NCBI GenBank assembly: GCA_965644295.1
Contig: CBFFRP010000065.1
Location: 136,799 to 200,798 of the forward strand
Source of the DNA: Paraphysomonas bandaiensis
Taxonomy: Eukaryota; Protista; Chrysophyceae
Reading direction: 5' to 3'
DNA: 64,000 bases
Part shown: in pieces, positions 13,940 through 26,957 of the stretch
How the letters are laid out: every line of letters starts with the position of its first letter
Numbering within the stretch: position 1 is the stretch's first letter
Notes under the pieces: generated by a model
What the model was told of the DNA's origin: nothing
Database searches by the model: none
Seen by the model: the letters and a program-made list of their open reading frames with translations, nothing else
Made by a program: the position numbers and the translations under genes

Positions 13940-16236
13940 TCATGAAAAGCAACAAAAGAATTTCGACAAAAATTTATCGCCAGCATAGTCACCATTTTTT
14001 CTATCATCTGGAGGAGTTTCTGAGCACATGTTACGATACCAATACCAATATCAAAAACAGGGTTCTACCTTCCATCGAATCGAGAACGTTGAACTGTAGA
14101 AACCTTTCGACCTTGAGAGCAGTAGAAGGTCGATTCCCACTGGGGCTCAACTGGTTCGGTCCAGGTTCGAATGTCGCTCCATCATCATCCATATTAGTTA
14201 CTAAAAGCCCTATCGAATATGGTAAAACCACATTAAATATATAGTGCGCAGTACCTAACGGATCTGACGCGCCCGAGCTGGCATCGCTATCATCACCGGA
14301 GAAGCTATCCTCACTCAGTGCCTCGGCTTCTGGACCCGTGGTAAGATTTCCCATTGCTTCCGAGAGCTTCTTCCGCACTAGCAAGTTAATCTCCATCTTG
14401 GCATTGATAATGAATTCCTCTTGACGCTCGCGGCATATTTCTCTTGCTTTCTTAGCAAGCTTCTTAAATCGATATTTCACACCAGGGGTGATATTAATGG
14501 GCCCTACATAATATAAGCACACGAACTAATTGTCAGCACAATATACCTACCCAGCTCATGAGTCTCGTCGCGAAAAGTTCTGTACATTGTTTTAATCATG
14601 ATAAGAGTACGACAAGGGAGTAGAACATACCTGCTCTTGCTGCTGTCTCTTGCAGACAAGATCTCCAGAGGTTCTCCTGTAATAAACGGATGATAGTGCA
14701 TCTCGTGCACGTAAGGCCTCTGGCCACTGTCTTTACAGAGGGATACTGTCAACAGATGATCTAATTCGGGAGATACTCCATGCGGTCGCAGTGGATCCAC
14801 ATCTCGGATAATCCTAAACAACTCGGTCACATCCTTGTGGTAGAATGGTAACTGGCCGAAGACAAATATCCACAAGCACACACAAGCAGCCCACGTGTCC
14901 GCCATATAAGCGGAGTAGCTTGAAGATGATTCAGCACACATCTCAGGGGAGTAAAACGGAAAGGTGCCCTCTGTCTTGTTGGTGATACCTCTGCTAGTAG
15001 ATTTCTTTAGATCACGCATGCTGATGGAGACTTTTGCTCTGTCCGATTCGAAATGATTCGAGACGCCAAAGTCAGAGAGTTTAAGATTACCCTGTAAAGA
15101 GATGATCATGAAAACAAATACCCAAAGAAGTACCTTAAAGTCCACCAGAAGATTATCTGGTTTAATATCCTGTATGGCGGCATAATGAGAAAAAAATAGA
15201 AAATACAATGAAACACCCACCCTATGAGCGATGTGATTTGCATGCATAAAAGATAGCCCTGATATCAAATCCTTGAACGACCGTCTTGCGGTAGACTCTC
15301 CCATAGTAGTTCCTGTCAGTCGATATACAAATCTATTGTTAGGGGCATCAAATGACATAATGGGTCCGCCTTCCACATGCTCTAGAACGAGATAAACATG
15401 CCGAGCTGACTCATCATTGATGATCTCCACCAATCGCACAAGATTCTTGTGTACAAGTAGCTTCATTATATTTATTTCCTGTTGCAGGGCAGCAGAGAGA
15501 GTAGCCTACAAGAAGTTAAATAGATGCAATAAACACAAACGCAATACCATTGAAGGGTCAGAAGCAGGGAGACTGCTCCCCGTGTTGCCAGGAGGCCCAC
15601 GTGATCCAAAAGACCCCCTGGAACTGTTGCTGTTACAATTGAGCCTACGCAATACTTTGATCGCGAATCGATCGTGGTCTTCAGAGAGGTCATCCTCTAC
15701 AAGATCCTTTGTAGCAAGTTTCACCTCTCCAAATGCCCCCTAAGAAAATGTCATAATTCCATATATTCCAAAAATCGTGGCTTACCTTTCCCAATGTCTT
15801 GAGGAAGAAATAATCATTGACTGCAACACACTTCCCTTTTTCGAGCACTACTTCGGCGCTGTAGAAAAGAAATTACGACAGATGACAAGGTAGATATATT
15901 CTCACCTTTTAGTAAGAATCACTCCAGCAGCTTTCTGAGAAAATTTGGATCTCCTCAGAGCAGTTGAGTTACTCTTCTCTGATATTTGTTCAATAGCAAA
16001 GCTCGGCTTTTTATAGAAACGGTCCGTTTTTCTGGAGACAACTGTCTGTATCACAGTCTGAGCCATGTCATTCCCATTCCCATTGCTGGTCGAGTTTCCT
16101 GGTCTATATATATATATGTGTGTGTGTATTAGCAGCACAGAGACATGTATACACACTGATCTCACCGCTCTTTATTGGGTGAAGCTGCATTATCACCAGC
16201 CACCAGCTCCTCACTGGGGTGGACTTTAGTTGTCAT
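13940..16236 (-). CDS. Ser/Thr protein kinase, CaMKK/GRIK-like
   Basis: LGK|GAFGEVKLA, FAIKVL, an insert between subdomains II and III, EINIMKLLVHKNLVRL, HR|DIKPDNLL, LSDFG, GTFPFYSPE and DTWA. The first exon (MTTKVHP) and last exon (ending KFFCCFS*) were inferred by splicing. Confidence 0.88.
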
Positions 16237-17666
16237 GAGATATCCTGTGAGTCAACTGCAGTGATATGGATGTCTAGGAACAGATCATGTTGTTGGGACA
16301 AACAGGCTCTCTCTCTACTCCTCTCTCATGAATGGTTCATGACTATGTATATCCAACCCTATACAATCGTATAGAGTAACGATGTGTTTCTATGTCACTC
16401 TCTTTCAGTTGGTCTACACCTATCAGCAGAGGCTATTAACTGATACACACACCTCTCGACCTGTGCCTATATATACATAGAGAGAGAGAGGAGGCCACTG
16501 GACGTACAGAGTACATATACTGCTGCTGTATGTGTACCTACACTGCTGCTGGTGTATATACTCCGTATAAAACAGTATGTGAATTGCGGTTACTCACTGA
16601 GCCTAATTTTATATGATTTTCAGTCAACTGTTAAAATAACCTCAAGTTATAGATGGCGATGTCTATAAAACCACAGTTTTTAGCTACCATTAAAAAACTA
16701 TCAAGATATACAGACAGCAGTAGCTACGTCGGATAGATGCAAATGGGACAAAGGATTCCATCTTAACTGGGCTTCTCATAACAGGTATATTACACTTGAG
16801 CTTAAAATAATTTTGCAATGAATATATTGCCCTCCATCCGTGCTGCATCGATAATCAATGTTTCATATCCAGTGCATACTGACAGATATGATGCATTAAG
16901 ATAAGTAGCTCTAGTCTACCTCTTCTCGGAGCGTACTGTGATTTTGACCTGTTATTATGGTGCCAAATCACTATCATTTGTTGCAAGGTTAGTTAAAGTG
17001 ACATTTCATAACTTTTCTCTGGAGATACTTCAGTGGAGATACCTGTAAGTGGAAGAGTGCCTATACTGTCAATAGTCCAAACCTGACTAATGTCGAGGCT
17101 CAACGACCAGAAACAGGTGTGTATGTATTAGTCTACAATTTAAGATAATAGATACTGCAATTATTCCTGATTGTATACAGCCATGTAACTAAAGTGGGTC
17201 GTGTTAGTACTGCAACCATTAGACGTACAGACTGACGCAGAGTATTATGTGGACGAAAACGACCTGAAAGACGTCAAAACATTTTGAAATTCTAATCAAG
17301 AATGGAAAGTACTAAATATATGTCTCCATAAATTTCTACTAAATGGGATATTACTTAGAAGCTACCTTACTCAACGTTGAAGCACTTAGCGCTTAGCGCC
17401 GAATCACAAATTCGAGTCGTGAATCATGATGGTGAAAAGCTCCATCCATTAAGCCATTGAAAATAAATTGAAAGAATGAGTTAATAGTTAGCCTGTCGCT
17501 GCGTAATAACGTATTACTGTGTCCAACAGCACATCGGAAATATGTTGGAAAATTTAACTACTTATTGCTGTTCGACTATTAAGTTTACCCCTTTCGAAAT
17601 GCAAATCATCGGCTGAATTATGTTATCTTTACTATTTATATACAATGTACATTGAAAACACAACAC

Positions 17667-20210
17667 CTATGTCGCGAGGGGATTATGTGTAGCAACCAGC
17701 TCTATATTTCTATCTTCTCTGGTCCCACCCGCGTCGCCCGTACTGTTGAAACTTCTGTTCGAAATTGAAAGTAAGCCGCTATCATCGTGGTCGTACTGTA
17801 TCTCGTAGCCCCATTGACTAATGAGTTTATCATGCGCATGTCTGTAGCTTTTGAACACCGCCAACATTGATATGATTATTCCAATGGGTAAAAAAACTAC
17901 AATCATAATGTCATCCAAGTCTAGTCTCCACTTGTAAAAAGGAAGAAGATACTCATCACTCCCCGTATCGGCTACCTCGTCGTCATCGGTTCCTGTACTC
18001 TCCCAAGATATATTATGGTATAATGGCCATTCGAAGTCCGGACGTGATGTCGTCACAAGGATGTCAGCGTAGTACTGCGCCGAATATCGCCCCTCAACTT
18101 GTCGGATCCTCCACTCTGACCAGTTTTCTATTATACCTCTGGAGTCATGATGTCGTTGCAACTGAGCAAAGAGCGCTCGATTCACTAAAGTTTTGAGCTC
18201 ACCACTTGAGGCCATAAACATAAACGCAGAGTCGAGCAGAGGTTTTAGTTCAAGTCCTCTCTGAAAGTCCTGCACCAGCAGATCAACAGATACCACATAC
18301 TCTCCACCATTTAACTCTTCGGTCACCTCATAGTCCACATCGTCATCACCTAGGTTACGCTCCGTCGAGTCATCCACCCTAACATCCCAAACGTCAACTC
18401 CTTTAACATCCTGTAAGACCCGCCGTACGGTCCATTTCAAAAACTCGACCCCTCCGCTTTCCCAAATATCCTTACGATCCCACTTTTGTCCTGTCAACGC
18501 TATAACATAAAACACTGTTAACACTCGACTCTCTTCCACCGCCTGGAACCACTCCCCCGATAAAAATCGGGCAACCATATCCTGCGATCGTCCTGGTTGG
18601 TATGCTGGAGCTTGGTGGCCTGCTCCATGCACAGTTACCAGAGTAAATCCTCCGCTGAATCTAGACACATAACCAGCCGTCTGGTTGACACGGTACCAGG
18701 GACGCCAGAGGTTCTCAGACTATATCACACCCCACGGAACGAGCTTAGACAAAAACGAAAAATTATACATGAAAACCCACCTGAAGTGACAGATCAAACA
18801 CCCAGTGCTGTGTTCCAATTGTAGGGCAGACTAGGTCGTTGTCTCCCGAATATACCAATACATTCACTTCCTCCTCACGCTGAATTATCTCCCCGTACAG
18901 GCCCGCGACGTTTTCGTAGTAATCGCTATCAGGCCAGGCGTTGAGTATCTCATCGCTACATTGAGACCACGTAGAAGAAGGGCGACCCGGCACTAGCACA
19001 TGCAGGGCTGCCTGGACGTCAGCTGCGTTCAGGTATTCTACAAAATGCAACTCAGACTGTGAACACAATGATGCAATACCAAACAATTACCAGTCATGTA
19101 GCTGGCCAGACATGGATCGTATTCTGCCTCCGAAGCTCGGCGACGACCACGGAGATTTCTAGCACCATTATTTTTAATCCGCCCCATGGTCCTCTCAAGC
19201 CTCAGCAGGGGAGCAGACGGTGTGTACGGTTCGGAGGGCCTAAGAGGGGACAGCCAGGTCTCCTGCTCCGGCAACGAGTCGGCCAAGCTATCAATGTTCG
19301 CAACACACACGGGGAAGTTCTCACCATCTACACAAAACAAATTAGAATGTAAAATGACTGCAAGGCACTTACAATAGTCCAGTGCATCGCCCACAACGTC
19401 AAACATGCTCTCTACTAACTCTATACAGTGGACGGGATACTCTGCAATCTCGACATCCATAGATAAACAGGAACTTGATGAGAACTCTTCCCAGAGAGGA
19501 GCTGGAATCAATTGATAGCCCCAAAATGCATGTGCGCGGGCAACAAACCCACTTCCGAATGATACCCAGGGGTTACCAACCAAAATGCCCCTCAGGCGGC
19601 TCCTCACGGAAAGTTGAGAATCCAAGAGACGCAGCGCAAGTTGTGGAATGTAGTGACCACCATACGACTCAGATGCCAAGAAGAGGTCATTAGACTGTCT
19701 CTCTGGAAAGATATTAAAAAATGCTTCTATTGTAAGTAGATTATCTTCTGCAGCTGTATCGTCTCCATAGTCACTGTACGGGACAGAAGAGTAGGAAAAT
19801 CCAACGCCAACAGGTTGCTCCACAAATACAACATTAGCAAACCTATTCCAAGCATACGGGTTATCAACAAGATATACCCCATCATCGCCTCCGTCGATTG
19901 GACGCCAAGGTCCTATTTCAGTGAAGAACCCAATCATACCAGAGCATCCTGGGCCCCCATTAGTAAAGAATATAACAGGGTCTGTCTGGGGGTCTCCCTG
20001 CGACTCTGTATATATATAATGTATATGCTTAGATTCAGATATGACTAAGTGACCACTGTATACACGGGACCGAGAGTCTGATGCCCTTGGTAACGATGGG
20101 ACGTAATGGTCGTCCTTATCTGCATTCACACTAACGCTCCTGCAGATACTCGACAGACACAGAGCAGTGCACACCACTGCTTGAAACAGAGTGTGATATA
20201 CTTGAGGCAT
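17667..20210 (-). CDS. Serine carboxypeptidase (peptidase S10) with C-terminal extension and transmembrane helix
   Basis: Signal peptide, NGGPGCS, nucleophile SESYGGHYIP, GDNDLVC and GAGHQAP. Three GT-AG introns. TM segment IMIVVFLPIGIIISMLAVF near the C-terminus. Confidence 0.93.
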
Positions 20211-20537
20211 ACTGTGATGTGATTGTTTCTACTGCACCATGTGGTTAATAGGCACACTGTCTCCGCGAACTATGCATATATAGAGCAGAGCTATTAATAT
20301 ACTGCACTGCTGTACATGTCACTCAAGTAGATGGAGGGAGTGTATATTAGGTACTACAAACTGTATATACACTGTATACCATCCCATACGGTATACTTCT
20401 GTATATATGTCAGTATATCTTTTTCTTGGCATATGTTTGCTATATGAGATGCATGCATGAGATGCATGGGAGTGTTGTTCTTATTAGATTGGCGCTCTGT
20501 CACCTCACCTCACATATACAAGCAACTATAGATAATA

Positions 20538-21153
20538 ATGCTAACACGTCGACTTATCAACTTATCTTCACGTCATTGTGGCATTCGTCAACTTCACGTA
20601 GAGAAAAATCTTGATAAACTTGGAATAGTTCTTCCTAAGCCCAATGATCCAAAAGGAAACTATTTGAGTTTCGTGCGCTCTGGAAACATGTTGTTTCTTG
20701 CTGGTATGAAAGTATGTCCCTATAGTGATGTATACGTGAATCGATTTCTCAACAGGTCACCTACCACAATCTCCTGATGGGACTTTGGTGACTGGGAAAG
20801 TTGGAAAGGATATAACCGTACAAGAGGGATATGACGCCGCGCGTACTATTGCTCTAAATCTTATTTCTACGATGAAATTCGCCACTGGAGACTTGGATAA
20901 AGTGAAGCGGGTTGTAAAGCTGGTGGGCTTCGTAAATTGCAATGGTAAGTCCACAACTGTGGTAGTAATGCGCTGTTTTACGTTTTCTGCAGAGGATTTC
21001 ACACAACAGCCTTCTGTCATCAATGGTTGCTCAGATATGATGGTGGAGGTTTTTGGGCCTGAAGTGGGGCGGCATGCACGGTCCGCTGTTGGCACCAACG
21101 CCCTTCCCCTAGGTGTTTCGGTGGAAGTGGAAGCCATTATCGAGGTGGAATAA
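20538..21153 (+). CDS. RidA/YjgF/YER057c/UK114 family protein, probably mitochondrial
   Basis: PKGNYLSFVRSGNMLFLA|GHLP, GKVG, INGCSD, GRHARSAVG and SVEVEAIIEVE. Arg-rich acid-free presequence MLTRRLINLSSRHCGIRQL. Two introns. Confidence 0.92.
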
Positions 21154-22479
21154 CTATTTCACTTGTGTCGTACATTTCATTTATATTAGACCAGCTGAAA
21201 ATAGCATGTCGTACAAAATTAATAATAATGGTGAAATGAATACCGTTTTAATAGCGATTTGGTGGCACCAGACGGACAAGCTAGATCCGTGTGTAGCCAC
21301 GGTGCGTACTCTGTGTGTGCTTTGTATAGTGTATAGTGCTTATTGCTTATAGATCAGTAGTGCGCTCACCTTATTTTCTCTTCTATGTAATATATATAGC
21401 TCTGTCGGATACGAAATATATTGTGCAAGGCACATGATATAGGCGTGAAAAGACAAAATTAGTACTGCTAGAATTGATATGAATCCCGACAGTGATAGTT
21501 ATCAGCTGTATTGACGCAATGATTTCGAATAGTCATCGCATGAGTGATACATAAACAACATATCTTTTATTACAACTCAACAGTTACGACATACACTTTT
21601 TCTATCTCAACAAGCACGGCACATTTGTGTAACTGCTTTTGACCAAACCAGCAGCAAATAGTTAATGCTTACAGCATACACACTACCTATCTATGTTACT
21701 TGCAAATAGAATATTCATCGCATGCGTAAACTACCCACTTTATTGAATAAGATATACGAACGTATGCCAGAAATGATGCTTGAAGACAGTGACACTCGCT
21801 GAAGCATTTACCTGACTTCTACCTCACAAACCCTGGTAATGATGAGAGAATTGACACATCAACCACTGCCTCAATAAAGTTAGTTCGAATACACTGCAGG
21901 TAGATGATATGTCACTTCCTTCAAATCACAACTGGTCTCCGATTCATGTCTCTACACCCTCGCCTTTCATATTGTTCATATTTTCAGGATTACTCTCTAA
22001 ATACTGTCAAAATAAACTCTAGAGGGAATGGGGATATGTATATTCAATGTCTACTTCGGTATGTAACAGTGCCAAGAGGAGCTGATTATTACAGAAGAGA
22101 TGGAGAGCTTCTTGGTCTCAGTATCTGTCCATATATGAGAGATATTAGGAGTTGAGACTGGGACTGCTGGAGTAGAGAAATCTACCTGATGTCTAGATAA
22201 TGCATAGCCACATATGATGATATGGACGATATCTATGGAGGATATGTGGGCGCAGTCTATACGGAGACAGTACTGCTGTACTTATGTCACTACACTGCAT
22301 AGGTATTCGTACAGCAGTACATATCGTGTATATATGACGTATATAGATTATACGGCAGTCGGTATACCGTATACAACAGTATACCATACCACATAGATGG
22401 TGTATCAATGCATGAGCTTGTTGAGACTTGCTTGTGCGTGTTGAAAGTCACACATAACCACACCAGCTAACCCAATATA

Positions 22480-23770
22480 ATGCGACACTTATCGGTAATC
22501 TGGCTGTTAGGGGTCATAACATGCTGCTGCGAATGCCGAGTGCCATCAGTAAGTACATCCAATTATTATTGTGATTATTAATTGATGTGTTTCTATTTAA
22601 TGTGTGTGATTATAGATATCTGTACTAGCTAGATACAAGGGACAGGAGTATCCTGTGACAGCTCGAACACCAGCAAATATATGCAGTGAGCTGAGTGACC
22701 AATGTGGGGGGAGTAAAATGAGCGTGAGGTATAATGGGAAAACATTGAGGCCTCACAGTCCTCTCGTATCAGTAGGAGTAAAATCAGGCGATATTGTTGA
22801 TATTATCACTAAAGGGGGGATAAGTAATGCCGATGTTTCAAGCATGAGAGTTGGAAAGAATATGGAAGATATGGGTGCAGGACGTAAACAGGCCAAGAAT
22901 GTAAAAATAAGTGAGAGCTTTTTTTCTTCAGGATTTAGCATCACTCTTTGTTGTAGATGCTAAGCCTGGTCGATCTGTGGCTGACATTGACCCTGCTGAT
23001 GTGAAACGGGCACTTGAGTCCATGAAAGGCACGAATCCCAGTGATATGATGCGAATGTTAGCTGAGAACGAAGAGGTTGAGCGATTGCTTTCCGACACTA
23101 AACAAATGGTAGTGAAATCTTCTCTAAATCTATTAAATATAAAACCCGTTGTTCAGGAATTTTCGAGGCAGGCAATGTTGAAGAATATCGATCAATATGA
23201 GAAATACATGCCAGGTGATGTCACTTGGTTTTATGTAGTCTGTGTTATAATTCGGGAACAGGTTTCAAGCAACAAGCGTTAAATATTGCCTCTGACCCTG
23301 TGAAATGGAAATTGGCTATGCAGTCTCTACGGGAACAAATTCGAAGTCTTAAAACCGAGAAACCTAGCGCTTCAGATCCAAGTCATAAAGGCGCTGGGAC
23401 AAAGAGGCACAAATCGAATGGTATAATGCAAGAAGATGTATCGGAGTACAGTGATGCAGAGATGTCGGAAGACGAAAATAGTGAGGACGAATCTGACAAT
23501 TACGAATTGGACGACGAGCTGGATGGTGGTAGTGATGATAGCTTCTCTGAAGATGACTATGGTGTTGAAAATAGTGAAGAGGAGTATTATAGTGAAGAAG
23601 AAGATGAGATTAGTGGCGAGGGAATTGACTATGAGGATGAAGTTAGCGGTGAGGGTGCAGATGACGATGAAATTAGTGATGAGGATGTAGATGATGATGA
23701 CTATTCTCATGATTTGGATGAAGAGTATTCAGATGATAGTATTGATGAGTTAAGTGATATGAGCGAATAG
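22480..23770 (+). CDS. Uncharacterised protein: signal peptide, ubiquitin-like domain, Met-rich STI1-like helices, acidic tail
   Basis: Five exons splice in frame with GT-AG introns. MRHLSVIWLLGVITCCCEC leader; ubiquitin-like pattern VRYNGKTL...LVSVGVKSGDIVDIITKGG; about 110-aa Asp/Glu-rich C-terminus. Confidence 0.72.
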
Positions 23771-25354
23771 ACTAATGCGTTTACTAAAAGATCTCAGTTT
23801 TGTTTCATGTGTTTTATCCACGAGAATTATTCAATGAAGCTGTCAGAACAGATACCATCAACACCGGAATTAATACGCAATAACGTGTCAATCATGCATA
23901 TTGTAAATGATATAATAGTATAAGTTAAGTATTATATACATGAGAAATACAAATTCAACAAACAACAAACTTGGAGTTTTAACGAGTTCAATCCTTGTGT
24001 CAATTTTTTAATTCTTGTACTGATTAGTAAATTGCATAAATATGGAAACGAAATTTAAATTCAGAAAACATAGCAAACTCAGGTTTTGAAATCTGTGATC
24101 TGGAAATACCATGTTGGTATGAGTTAAATATGGGTACGTAGTACGTAGACGAGGTTTGATCCTGTATGTCTGTATGTGTAGTATTTACGTGGAAGCGGAA
24201 GCACCAGGATCCAGGTTTGCGTAAAAATTAATAGTCTTTAAAAATGATAATTTCAATTATTGGTAATTGTTGCCAATTGCAATCGATTAATTGGCTGGCT
24301 TAATTTTGTATGGCATCTTAAGATGTATAGCTACTCATCATAGGTGCAAACCCATTATCTGTAGGGATAGAAGCTTGAATGTGTGTCCACAGTCACTTTG
24401 TCATTTCATAAATCATAATTGTGTGTGACAGTATAAGAGTCAGTATACACTTTAACCTCAGCACCGAAGAGTAATATAACATGTCAAAGATATTTAGCAA
24501 AAAGCAGTGAATGTCTGATTACTAGCAATAGGCGTGTAGCTAAACAATTTAATTAACTAGTGCTTAACTCTGATATCCTACTATTTAGCGCTAGAGGTGT
24601 AACCACTATCGCTCTCAGCCCGGATGCTTGACTTCAGGAGGCAGCCCAATACTCCGGATGTCCTTAAGGTGGATCCATTCCCGGATGCTTGTTATTCGTC
24701 AAGGTCCAAAGACGTCTTGTACCACACAGACATTTGGCTATAAGTAGACAAAACGTTATCTGCTGACTATATATGCGGCTCACGCTAGTTTCAAGGAGAA
24801 ATATCGCCCGTACTTATGTATTTATCCCCCAGAATACCACAAAAAAGCGCGAGTCCGACTTTGTTGATGGTCATTAGCAAAGAACAATCTGAGCACCTTT
24901 ACCACGATCGTCGCGATACATGATACATAGCATAAGAGCAGAAGGTGATAGCAGATATTCAACGGCTTCGAAATAGTAGTTAAAGTTTAAATGACGTTAC
25001 GTGTATTTGTTTCTAATTCGATATTTAATGCCACAGACAAATTAGAAATAACTCCAGATCTATCTAATGCAAAAAAATGCGATTGCTTGAATGAGCATGC
25101 TAGAAGTCGTGAATACGCCACAAATTACTTAATATTAACAACTACAGTCTATCACGAATGGAAGTGTAGATCTATTCATTGCTATGCCACTAACACCATA
25201 ACCATGATGTATATGCGTATAACATAGTGCGCTATATGCATATCAGACCACGCAAATAGCACATATCTAGCTACATCAAACTCGACAGATTTAACCAGTA
25301 TGCTAGTACTAACACCCAAAGCGTATCGTCGAACCGTTCACTCTTCGCACTCCC

Positions 25355-26957
25355 TTAAGCGTCCCTTACCACATTATCAAGCCAGCGAGCAATTTCATTG
25401 TAGAATCTGTCCCACTGATGTACACAGGCACTTCTCGTGCCATCGTTATTTAGTATATACCCTTCTGAGTCCCGAATTTTCCAAAACGTGTCTAGTGGTC
25501 CCTTCATATGCTTCGGCACTCTGATAAATCGCCAATGTTAAGATTTTACATGGTGTCATAGCGAGCTGTCACCTGAAGCCGTTCATTGCTCCGATCGTGT
25601 TCACCGGTCCGGTACCCTGTAAGTCGTGGTGTCAGGAAGAGTGGGGTGTGGCGTGTATTAGCTACATTTACCTGATAAAACAGTGTCGCATTACCCTCCG
25701 GAGTATTGAAGTGCCCATTGTAGAAGAGGTAGTTCTGGTAGCCCTGATCGGACTCAATACCCTTCTTCCAACATCGAACCTGTCAAAAAATCAGTACGAT
25801 GTCAAAGTATTATCTATGTAAGAATCTCCATGTACATCTGTGAGCTGTGCACATGTACTAACCGTGTCCATAGAATGAAGCATTGTTCTGACATAGTAGT
25901 TGATGGCCCGGTAAGACCCCATGGTAGATCCCGAACATATCACAGCCTGGTCCTTGATGGGAGGAAGCGCTGGCTTACCGAAACAGCGTGCAACCCACAA
26001 GGAATTGTACTTACAATTACCAATTGTTTTGACCTGGAAAGCACATCAACTTAGAGTCCATATATATACATCTATACATGTACCCAATGTTACCTTCCAG
26101 TTTTCCGCAAAAACCATCAGCTCGTACTTTGGGACTCTTTCATGAAGGGGTGGCAGCATTGCAAAAGGGCTAGCCTGGAAAAAAGTGTCGCGAAAATCCA
26201 AAATGAGGATGTAGGACTGGTCATTATAGTACTGCAGCCAATATTCTGCGTAAAAAGGTTAAAATATATAAAGTACAAAACAAGTTTGGCGTACCATAAA
26301 GAGCATATCGTATATTGGCAAATGTTCTCATGGGCCGCGGGTCATCGTATCTACGCATGCAAGATTTAAAAAGCCCCAAAAATGGAATTGTTGCACTGAC
26401 CCTAAGAATTCTTTTTTCAATTTACAGTTGTCGCGTCCCGCACAGTCAACATCAAATGCGTACGCAACAACGTTTGTCTTGATAACGTAATCCTTCACTC
26501 CTGGCTTCATCTGATCCGGGGGGGAAACTGCAAGCACAATATCATCCTCGAAACCAAATTTCCGAAGGGACCCAACGAAGCGACGGTAGTACTCCACTGG
26601 GTACTTGCAAGCTAGAGCAAATATGGCGTCTCGACCTGTGTGCCTTCCAAAAGTAGGCTTGGTGCCGTTAGTCGGCGTCGGTCCCAGCACAGGTTCTTGT
26701 CTGATTTTAGAGGTACTCGCAGTTCGTCTTTCAACAGCACCTGCATTTACTTCCACTGGTACACTCTGACTAGACTTAGCAGGCACTATTCGTGTAGTGT
26801 CTGTGGGATTTATATCTTTAGTCGATGTAGAAATTGGCGTGTTATATGTGGGGTGGAAACCAACATACAGTGCCCATGGTACAACGATCATGGTAAGGAA
26901 AAACAATATAGGCTTCCATGCCGGAGCGGCACCCCGACGAGGGTTTTGACTTCTCAT
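25355..26957 (-). CDS. Type II membrane protein, putative GT-A-fold glycosyltransferase
   Basis: N-terminal TM helix and Thr/Pro stem. Spliced core has RFVGSLRKFGFEDDIVL, ILILDFRDTFFQASPF (DxD-like), ICSGSTMG, SDQGYQNY, VNTIG and VHQWDR. The 3' end is uncertain because a further splice is possible. Confidence 0.7.

Noticed and set aside
21720-22190. LPTLLNKIYER-like peptide suggesting a LINE fragment
   Set aside because: A single weak motif surrounded by stops.
24610-24700. Repeated cccggatgcttg 12-mer
   Set aside because: Only two full copies and one partial; no array regularity, not CRISPR-like, and no intact ORF.
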